In this document: positions 11,501 to 18,124 of the stretch, one piece after another | How positions within the stretch are numbered: the first letter of the stretch is position 1 | How the letters are laid out: each line of letters starts with the position of its first letter | Origin: an uncultured Lachnospiraceae bacterium | GTDB lineage: Bacteria > Bacillota > Clostridia > Christensenellales > UBA1242 | DNA: 64,000 nt | Direction: 5' to 3' | NCBI GenBank assembly: GCA_964368755.1 | Contig: CAYJCR010000001.1 | Coordinates: 140,976-204,975, forward strand | Program-made: the position numbers and the translations under genes | The notes under the pieces: model-generated | What the model was told of the DNA's origin: nothing | The model's input: the letters and a program-made list of their open reading frames with translations, nothing else | Database searches by the model: none

Positions 11501-13878
11501 GACAAATAACTATCAAAGTTGACAATGCGACAAAGTATTATGGAGACACAGATCCTGAGCCAAAGTTATCTATTGCATCTGGTAGTGTAGCAAACGGATT
11601 GGAACTTGAAGACATACTTAGTGGAGCAGTTAATCGTGTTGATAAGGAAACTGTAGGCAGACATCAATATTTGCAAGGCTCGTTGGCAATTGATAACAAT
11701 TACAATATGACTTTTGACAACTCTGATAGTTTCTTGCTTATACAAAAACGCAACATTACAGTTATTGCAGATAGTTTGTCTAAGATATATGGCGAAGCTG
11801 ATGAGGCTTTGACATATGAAGTAACCAATCTTGTTGATGGGGATACCTTCAACTTCGAACTACAAAGAATATATGGTGAAGATGTTGGAGAATATTCTAT
11901 AGAATATGTAACACTTAATGATTCTCGATATAATATAGAATTTGTTGCTGGCGTATATCATATCTTGCCAAGAGATATAACAATACAAGCTGACAAAAAA
12001 GTTAAGATTTATGGAGATAATGATCCAATATTTACGTGTTCTATCGTTGATGGAATACTTGCGAATAATGACTCCATATATACTATACAGATAGGTTCTA
12101 TGCATAGACAGAGTGGCGAAGATGTTGGTGCGTATATGATAGAACAAGGTGATTACTCTTTTGGTAAGAACTACAATATTGAATATCAGACTAACGAGCT
12201 CACTATTGAATCTCAGAAGATAACTGTTGTTGCTCGTGAACAAGCAAAATACTATTACGATGAAGACCCTATCCTTGACTATTCTATTGCCAGTGGAGAA
12301 CTCAAACTTGATGATGAATTTGTTGGACAATTGCAGAGAACTGAGGGAGAAAATGTTGGTGAGTATAATATCAATATCGGATCACTAGCTATTAACAACA
12401 ACTATATTATTACATTTGTTCCAGCTGTTATGACAATAGGTAAGAGACCTATTACTATCGTAGCTGATCCAATCTCGAAGACATATGGGGAAGAAGATCC
12501 AACTTTGACATACCGTGTCATAGGTGAGATAAAAGATGGCGATGTTTTGTCTGGTGAACTCCAAAGGGCAAAACCAACTTCTCTAACTAACCCAACACTA
12601 TATGAGAATGTTGGTAAGTATGATATTGTTTCTACTTTTAGCAATGAGAGTTATGATATTACATATGTAGAGAATATCTTCACTATCAATCAAAGAATTG
12701 TTACCATAGTAGCAGATAGTTTCACAATTACATATGGAGAAGAAGACCCAGTATTGACTTACAAGATTGTCTCCGGAGAGATTTTGGATGGCGATGTGAT
12801 AAGTGGAGAGTTGTATCGTGTCCCTGGTACAGATGCAGGAAAGTATGATATCAGAAGCAGTATAACATTGGGTAAGAATTATAAGATAGTTTTCACAAAA
12901 GGTACTTTGAATATCTTACCAATAGACATAGTTGTAGAATGCAAGAACTATGAAAAGATATATGGAAGCGTTGATCCTATGTTTGAGTATGAAATAATTG
13001 AAGGAGCATTGATCAATGATGATGAGTTAAGTGGAGGCATTACAAGAGAGGCAGGTAAAGCAGTCGGTAAGTACAAGTTGCTTAGTTCGTTGAGTAATAT
13101 CAATTATTCGATATCGATCAAAGAAGCATATCTTACTATTGTTCCAAAGCAAGCATATCTCAACTGTGCTGTACATGACAAGGTATACAACGGCGACACA
13201 ATTGCATATATCAAGACTCCTGTTGTAACTGGACTTATTGATAATGACATTGAGTTAATATATGACAAAGAGAACTCAGCTAACTTTGTAAGTAGTACAA
13301 TTGGATTTAATATATTGGTTGTATTCCATGATATAAGCTTGGTTGGTGATGGAGCAGAGAACTATACTTTGGTATTACCTGAAGGTGTTACTGGCAATAT
13401 AACAAATAATGAAATAACTTCTGAGGGAGTATCAATTACTACTTATACAAATACAACACTTGTATCTGGTGTTGAATTGAAGACTACCAAGATGTCGGTA
13501 TCGGCTTCTCAGATGGGTATAACAAATAAACAAGTTGTATCGAGTTATGATGTGTGGATGGAGAATAGTGGCGAGCTTGTTGAGTTGGACGGAAGTATAA
13601 CTTTGGAGATCAAATTACCAAATAAGTTCAAAAGACGTAATAATCTCTATGTATATAAGGACAATGAAGATGGAACGTATTCGTTAGTTAACAGCACTGT
13701 TAAGAATGGCTATGTTTCTATTAATACTGACAAACTAGGCACATATATCGTAGTATCTGACAATGAGAAATGGATAGATGTAGGAGCGTATATAAGCTTG
13801 GCTGTCCTAGCACTTGTTGGTTTATATGTATTATATAAAGTATTAAAGAAAAAGAAATCTAAGAAAAAAGAAATATAA
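8584..13878 (+). CDS. giant cell-surface protein: signal peptide, InlB B-repeat-like module, MBG(YGX)/YDG repeat array, C-terminal TM anchor with basic tail
   Basis: SD AAGGAG and an N-terminal signal-like segment (IFLIFSIMLMVISIGFCALP). One module reads GTVTGGGNYYTGQTVSLIAEAASGYTFVGWKKG. There are 11 modules of the form K.YG(D/E).DP.L.Y...G....D.LSG.L.R..GE.VG.Y.I, plus 4 DKVYDG-type modules. The C-terminus is ISLAVLALVGLYVLYKVLKKKKSKKKEI with no LPXTG. Confidence 0.85.
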   Translation: MRKYRSIFLIFSIMLMVISIGFCALPNSTEDAAYADITGVSGNNFVLTGYNGYQPDHYFYDIANNSTLNAVDVTTCIKNYMNASGEECNKFYVITANNNTSFTNKKSYGTAYYYPTTDMSEFVDKEVLYARVSAGVLSFNDKGKSKVKLTISHNGQTYSVTSSKVSDNNESVYSPEYIYTDFVKITDITQPIVFTFEGLDSGSMFSSSKFTIFEPTISLKTCIDEVTIENEGKTVTVFPGQIVELGAVNDITTTTGTNNFAKYCRNIHRISYVIAEGKEYASIIGKYLYVKSNIPNNATIKVAAKCRNDSLSSNYIYSEIATYSVNAETLKVNILTDFDNPGTVTGGGNYYTGQTVSLIAEAASGYTFVGWKKGSELLSSSKNYTFTVTEPVEIKAWFIKTVIITGISVTDKVYDGTNNVEGLEFVFDGKREGHELTLDNIEVKYSNINVGDSIVLETSGVPTLGGRNADIYRVNQYSIPTSFGKILPRQINVTSIASSKVYGDSQEELPFEITPVEGNAESGLVEGESLSGTLGRDLGENVGNYNTNTGTLTQNNTNYELLFTSSVFVINRRNVTISSIVAQDKVYDATSNVQISIILNNTIAGDDIQCVANGQFNDVNVGYNIVVPISSKELVGSAKDNYTLVSDIVEITGNILPKVIKVVAENKTVTYGERVPLSYLIEGIVEGESLNGELTREDNDNVGSYAITMGSLSNPNYTLDFTAGSYVVNKKPITVVADSITKSYGDADPTLTYQVTGLVNEDVLSGVLYRTVGETCGDYPISIGTIHNDNYDIAYTPSILSITKREVELDIYMVDKIYDGNAVATFTYEFVNLASGDALTFEAQMYFVDENMQMNANAGVNKKILVTSSKISGEMLSNYSVTGRITNLTATISRRAVYIDIDKYSKIYGDEDPIIGYEHSNIIEGDALVGTPKRNVGENCGEYSIYLNDLNNENNPNYNIVYKTEGSLTIVQRQITIKVDNATKYYGDTDPEPKLSIASGSVANGLELEDILSGAVNRVDKETVGRHQYLQGSLAIDNNYNMTFDNSDSFLLIQKRNITVIADSLSKIYGEADEALTYEVTNLVDGDTFNFELQRIYGEDVGEYSIEYVTLNDSRYNIEFVAGVYHILPRDITIQADKKVKIYGDNDPIFTCSIVDGILANNDSIYTIQIGSMHRQSGEDVGAYMIEQGDYSFGKNYNIEYQTNELTIESQKITVVAREQAKYYYDEDPILDYSIASGELKLDDEFVGQLQRTEGENVGEYNINIGSLAINNNYIITFVPAVMTIGKRPITIVADPISKTYGEEDPTLTYRVIGEIKDGDVLSGELQRAKPTSLTNPTLYENVGKYDIVSTFSNESYDITYVENIFTINQRIVTIVADSFTITYGEEDPVLTYKIVSGEILDGDVISGELYRVPGTDAGKYDIRSSITLGKNYKIVFTKGTLNILPIDIVVECKNYEKIYGSVDPMFEYEIIEGALINDDELSGGITREAGKAVGKYKLLSSLSNINYSISIKEAYLTIVPKQAYLNCAVHDKVYNGDTIAYIKTPVVTGLIDNDIELIYDKENSANFVSSTIGFNILVVFHDISLVGDGAENYTLVLPEGVTGNITNNEITSEGVSITTYTNTTLVSGVELKTTKMSVSASQMGITNKQVVSSYDVWMENSGELVELDGSITLEIKLPNKFKRRNNLYVYKDNEDGTYSLVNSTVKNGYVSINTDKLGTYIVVSDNEKWIDVGAYISLAVLALVGLYVLYKVLKKKKSKKKEI
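9790..13420 (+). repeat. tandem MBG(YGX)/YDG coding repeats inside the 1764-aa gene (approximate bounds)
   Basis: A periodic ~85-90-aa unit recurs with the YGD.DP ... GENVG.Y motifs. Confidence 0.7.
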
Positions 13879-13884
13879 AAAAAG

Positions 13885-13912
13885 AAAACATCTCAATAAT
13901 CTGAGATGTTTT
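13885..13912. terminator. bidirectional intrinsic terminator between convergent genes
   Basis: aaaacatctca-ataatc-tgagatgtttt forms a perfect 11-bp stem, A-run on the left and T-run on the right. Confidence 0.75.
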
Positions 13913-13929
13913 TTTATATCAAATATTAT

Positions 13930-15048
13930 TTAATGGGACATTGTGAAATTGTTGTTATAATTGTTCCTTCCAGCATATGGATTACGAACCATATTCCTTG
14001 CGTATGCTTTATCCTTTTTAGACAAATAATTATTATTGTATGCATTGCTAGATGTTGGGGTTGCTATAACATCTGAGTTGCTCTCTTGGGTAGTATTATT
14101 CTGTTCATCAAGAATATCTTGTACCGCAACTAGGTCTTGATCTTGAGATGAAGTTGCTACTGTAAATGTTGCTTCGCCACCAATTACTTCTACTTTTTCT
14201 CCACAAAGTGTCTTAAGAAGGGTATCTTCAAGATTAAGCTCATTATTGTCGATTGTGCTTGCAGATATAGAGTATGTCGTGCATGTCGTGTTGCCATTAT
14301 CTGAACAATATACAGGGATCCTGTATTGAACAAAACCACCTTTCATGATGTATTCATAAGCAGGGCCAACGTATTGTGCGTTAGGTATGCGAGACATTAT
14401 CTTGTTGTCCGTGCTAGTCATTTGTGTTATTGACTCTATGCCTGTGAATTGCAAGTAAGACATAAGTGAGTTAATGGTATTGACATCTCCTTGATTTGTC
14501 TTAATCTCTTCGTCAATGCCTATTGTATTGTATCGAATACAGAACTTCCTTGTTTTGTTGCCTACAATCACATCGATAAATGTGGATTCTTGTTCGGCTT
14601 TTTCTTCATCACTAAGGTTCGTAGTATCAACTTGATCATTACGGAAAAGTTTAAGAGTCTTGATGTCTGCTGCATAGATTGATTGTTTCTTTAAGTCGCT
14701 ATTGAAGTAATTGTTAAGCTGTTTCATTGCGAGAGCAAGCTCATTGTTAACCGAAGGGTGTTCCTCAACATTGCCATCTGCCCATATATTTGTAGAATCT
14801 CCTGTGGGATCGACAAATATATCGCCTTTAGCAGCATCAACAAATTCTTTGACAGGTCTTGTATCAACTTTGTTGTAATTGGCTATATAGTTAGCGAACA
14901 TAATAGCAGGTATTGCTATCAATACAAGCCCAGTTACTCCAACAGAAAATAACACCTTACGCTTATTTGATTTCTTCTTAGCATGCATCTCATGCAATAT
15001 GGCGTCTACACCTGTGTATTCAATTTCCGACTTTTTCTTATTACTCAT
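13930..15048 (-). CDS. hypothetical protein with N-terminal membrane anchor and N/Q/S-rich C-terminus
   Basis: 372-aa ORF with one TM segment (VLFSVGVTGLVLIAIPAIMFANYI) after a basic N-terminus. I recognise no motif and there is no obvious SD. Confidence 0.55.
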   Translation of the reverse strand: MSNKKKSEIEYTGVDAILHEMHAKKKSNKRKVLFSVGVTGLVLIAIPAIMFANYIANYNKVDTRPVKEFVDAAKGDIFVDPTGDSTNIWADGNVEEHPSVNNELALAMKQLNNYFNSDLKKQSIYAADIKTLKLFRNDQVDTTNLSDEEKAEQESTFIDVIVGNKTRKFCIRYNTIGIDEEIKTNQGDVNTINSLMSYLQFTGIESITQMTSTDNKIMSRIPNAQYVGPAYEYIMKGGFVQYRIPVYCSDNGNTTCTTYSISASTIDNNELNLEDTLLKTLCGEKVEVIGGEATFTVATSSQDQDLVAVQDILDEQNNTTQESNSDVIATPTSSNAYNNNYLSKKDKAYARNMVRNPYAGRNNYNNNFTMSH

Positions 15049-15196
15049 GCTTATACTATATCACAAACATGCAACATTTGCAATACCTAAGTTATGCTTT
15101 TATACAAATCCAAAACATGAAGTTTGTATTATATTTTGACTAATGATTGACAATTGATTGATTATTACTGTATTCTATATGTGCAAGGTGGTAACA

Positions 15197-16099
15197 ATGA
15201 AAGAAATACTAATAATATACAATCCAAATGCAGGCCATGGTACAGCTCAACAATTTGCTTATGACCTAAAGAAAGAGTTTGTATCGAAAGGCACTAGAGC
15301 GATATTATTCAGAAGTAATACTATTAAAGATATGAATGTTTATTTTGATAAACTCAAGAAGACTAACAAGAGCTTTGATACAATAGTTTTCTTAGGTGGA
15401 GATGGCACGTTAGGTATCGGAGTTGATAGTATGATCAAGAAGGGCATTGATTCGCCCGTGGCTATATTTCCATTGGGTACCGTTAATGACTTTTCTAAAC
15501 AAGTACATATGAAACGTAATGTCAAAAAATGTGTTCAAGCAGTCCTCAATGGTAATATTAGGAATTGCGATGTAGCCAAAGTTAATGATAGGTATGTTGT
15601 CAATGTAGCATGTGGAGGATACTTTACACATGGCGCCAATACTTATAGCCGTCGTGCAAAGCAGGTGTGGGGCAGAATGGCATACTATACCAAAGGTGCG
15701 CTCAATGTATTCAATATGAAGCCTCAGAAGCTACGTATAACGGTCGATGACAAAGTTTATGAAGAAGATATAGTATTCTACTCAATTCTCAATTCTAAGA
15801 GCGCTGGTGGCTTCAAAAAGCTTGGTGTACATGCATGTATGGATGACGGAATGTTTGACTTCGTTGGTATCAAGAATATCAAGTTCTTCAGTATGCTCAA
15901 TGTGTTCCTTAGAATTATAACAGGCAATCATACTCGAGATAAGCATGTGTTGTATGTTAAAGGAAAACATTTTAGAGTTGAGTGCTTAGGTTGTGTTAAT
16001 CCGAAGTTTGTCAACAGTGATACTGATGGCAACGTTGGGCCAAAACTTCCTCTTGAAGTCGACGTTATAAAGAAGAAGATTAAGATAATAGTAGGTTAG
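15197..16099 (+). CDS. YegS/BmrU/DagK-family lipid kinase
   Basis: Motifs: MKEILIIYNPNAGHG, FLGGDGTLG, PLGTVNDF (DAGK catalytic domain). I place the start at the internal ATG 15197, preceded by aaggtgg. Confidence 0.85.
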   Translation: MKEILIIYNPNAGHGTAQQFAYDLKKEFVSKGTRAILFRSNTIKDMNVYFDKLKKTNKSFDTIVFLGGDGTLGIGVDSMIKKGIDSPVAIFPLGTVNDFSKQVHMKRNVKKCVQAVLNGNIRNCDVAKVNDRYVVNVACGGYFTHGANTYSRRAKQVWGRMAYYTKGALNVFNMKPQKLRITVDDKVYEEDIVFYSILNSKSAGGFKKLGVHACMDDGMFDFVGIKNIKFFSMLNVFLRIITGNHTRDKHVLYVKGKHFRVECLGCVNPKFVNSDTDGNVGPKLPLEVDVIKKKIKIIVG

Positions 16100-16106
16100 T
16101 GATAGC

Positions 16107-16136
16107 AAAAAAACAGGTTTATGTAACCTGTTTTTT
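16107..16136. terminator. bidirectional intrinsic terminator
   Basis: aaaaaacaggtt-tatgt-aacctgtttttt lies between convergent genes. Confidence 0.75.
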
Positions 16137-16228
16137 ATTATGCATATGATGTCGTTATAGTTTTATAAGATTTGCACGAAGGTGATAATAAAGCACTTAT
16201 ATGCTATTATTTTGAACCATAGTACTTA

Positions 16229-16750
16229 TTATTTAGTCTCAGCTTGTTTTAAAACTGCTGCGATAAAAGGATCCTTTTCTCTAGTGTATTGGTCTCGGCT
16301 GTTTGCGTATTTTTTCTCCAACATAACTTTTAGTTTGGAGTACTGCTCAACAAGTTCTGGATGGGTATTGAGATAATCTCTGAAGTTGATATGATTGAGC
16401 CAAAGCCTATCATTCTTCTTCTCAACATGAATATAATGAGTCCTAATCTCTCCATTGCATTTTTTGAAAAAATGTCTGCCAGGAAGTCCTGCATCTCCGT
16501 CGTAAGTGTAACCGATACTCTCCAAGATTGGAATAAGTTTTTCTCCATATTTGAGACTTGGTACACCTATTGCAATATCTATTATTGGTTTTGCAGAGCA
16601 GAAAAGTATTGATGTACTACCTACATGCTGTATATCTACCTTGTAACCTTCAAGAGCTGTAGACAAGATAGACTTTTCTTTCTCAAACTCTATTGCCCAT
16701 TCTGGATTGTACTTTACTATTTTTACTGTACCACTTTTGAGACCTAACAT
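16229..16750 (-). CDS. GrpB/UPF0157 family protein
   Basis: 173 aa with SD AAGGAG. The general layout is GrpB-like: PEWAIEFEKEK, HVGSTS, KPIIDIAIGV, HIHV. Confidence 0.75.
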   Translation of the reverse strand: MLGLKSGTVKIVKYNPEWAIEFEKEKSILSTALEGYKVDIQHVGSTSILFCSAKPIIDIAIGVPSLKYGEKLIPILESIGYTYDGDAGLPGRHFFKKCNGEIRTHYIHVEKKNDRLWLNHINFRDYLNTHPELVEQYSKLKVMLEKKYANSRDQYTREKDPFIAAVLKQAETK

Positions 16751-16793
16751 TACTTTTCTCCTTACGATACCACAAGTATAACATAATAAAAAT

Positions 16794-16816
16794 GTTAATC
16801 AAAACATTTGATTAAC
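16794..16816. promoter_or_regulatory. perfect 10-3-10 palindrome gttaatcaaa-aca-tttgattaac in the grpB upstream region
   Basis: Read directly from the sequence. It lies 44-66 nt upstream of the grpB start codon and is a candidate operator. Confidence 0.35.
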
Positions 16817-16896
16817 AAAATCTATAAAAATACTTGCAATCTTTAACCGTTTATGATATTTTATTAAAGTATCAAAAAATTGTGATTAAACAGCAA

Positions 16897-17162
16897 TTCA
16901 TCACGCCGAAGTGGTGGAATACCTTCGGTGGCGTTCGTAAGTTTACAACTTACTCGGCTAGTGCAGACGACCGTCTGTCATCCCACAATTAGCTTAATTG
17001 ATTATTCCAACTTTCATTTACATAGTATATTCATCACGCCGAAGTGGTGGAATACCTTCGGTGGCGTTCGTAAGTTTATAACTTACTCGGCTAGTGCAGA
17101 CGACCGTCTGTCATCCCACAATTAACTTAATTAATAATTCCAACTTTTATCTTCATAGTATA
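16897..17162 (+). repeat. two tandem 133-bp direct repeats, each starting with the leader plus first 16 nt of tRNA-Leu
   Basis: Units 16897-17029 and 17030-17162 differ by 7 substitutions by my count. A third repeat start at 17163 continues into the genuine tRNA. Confidence 0.9.
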
Positions 17163-17170
17163 TTCATCAC

Positions 17171-17256
17171 GCCGAAGTGGTGGAATGGCAGACGCGACGG
17201 ACTCAAAATCCGTTGAGAGCAATCTCGTGCGGGTTCAAGTCCCGCCTTCGGCACCA
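17171..17256 (+). tRNA. tRNA-Leu (anticodon CAA), class II with long variable arm, CCA encoded
   Basis: Acceptor stem GCCGAAG/CTTCGGC. Anticodon stem ACGGA/TCCGT with loop CTCAAAA. Variable arm TGAGAGCAATCTCGT. T arm GCGGG-TTCAAGT-CCCGC. Discriminator A followed by CCA. Confidence 0.92.
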
Positions 17257-17264
17257 TACAATAC

Positions 17265-17294
17265 AATCCGAACCTGTTGGTGAGGATTTTTTTT
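17265..17294 (+). terminator. intrinsic terminator after tRNA-Leu
   Basis: aatccgaacc-tgtt-ggtgaggatt (10-bp stem with a 2-nt internal mismatch) followed by T8. Confidence 0.6.
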
Positions 17295-17362
17295 GTCCCA
17301 AAATAGTTATAGAATCAATAATTGTACTTGTATGGAAGTTGAGACTATGATAATATAAAAAT

Positions 17363-17977
17363 ATGAAGATAATTGTTGCAAGTGGAAATAATGCGAAGAT
17401 TCAAGCAGTATACAATGTGTTCGAAGGCGAAGATATTGATTTTTGTATTGTCAGTAGTGATGTCTCCAATAGACCTATAGGTATCGATACTATCATAGGA
17501 GCATACAACAGAGCCAACAATGTCGAGAAAGAAGGTGACTATATTGTCGCACTCGAAGGTGGCTATTTTGTTATCGGCGACAAGTATTATATTGCAGATA
17601 TCTGTTGTATCAAAAGCGACAAGGGGTATCAGTTCGGCAATAGTGATTTGTTCACATTATCCAAGAATATGTTTGACTGTGTGAATAACAATATCTCATT
17701 GAATGCTGTTATCAAGAACATAACCAATTATAAAGAAACAAAGAACTCTTTCAAGCAAGGACTTGGCATAGTTGGCTATATGTCGCAAGGAAAATATGAT
17801 AGATGTTTTGGCAATACTCAGGCAGTAATGAATGCATATAACTCCGAGGTATGTACACTTGAGGACTTCCATCCAATATTCAATAATATCATTGACTTAC
17901 ATGGAGAACAGTTCGATAGGTTAGATGAGGAGTGTAAGCATTGTCTAGATAACATCCAACAACCTGATACAGAATAA
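17363..17977 (+). CDS. YjjX/DUF84-family non-canonical purine NTP phosphatase-like protein
   Basis: The N-terminus MKIIVASGNNAKIQAV...SSDVSNRPIG...GAYNRANN...ALEGG resembles inosine/xanthosine triphosphatases. Confidence 0.6.
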   Translation: MKIIVASGNNAKIQAVYNVFEGEDIDFCIVSSDVSNRPIGIDTIIGAYNRANNVEKEGDYIVALEGGYFVIGDKYYIADICCIKSDKGYQFGNSDLFTLSKNMFDCVNNNISLNAVIKNITNYKETKNSFKQGLGIVGYMSQGKYDRCFGNTQAVMNAYNSEVCTLEDFHPIFNNIIDLHGEQFDRLDEECKHCLDNIQQPDTE

Positions 17978-18124
17978 TAGTATTTTGCAAATAGTAAAGT
18001 ATTTTGTGAAAAATTATTTATTGCAATGCGTAGATGCATTGCTTTTTTTGTTGAAGTATTGTCAAGTTTGTTATATTTGATTGTTACTTTTGGGATATTA
18101 AGATATAATAATATCAGAGGTGTT

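Noticed and set aside
16928-17125. 65-aa ORF spanning the 133-bp repeats.
   Set aside because: Its sequence simply repeats with the DNA repeat (…TPKWWNTFGGVRKF… twice). It has no SD and lies in an RNA-gene context, so I treat it as an artefact.
16897-17162. Possible CRISPR array.
   Set aside because: There are only two units plus a partial third, each 133 bp, and they are contiguous with no unique spacers. There are no cas genes. This is not CRISPR architecture.
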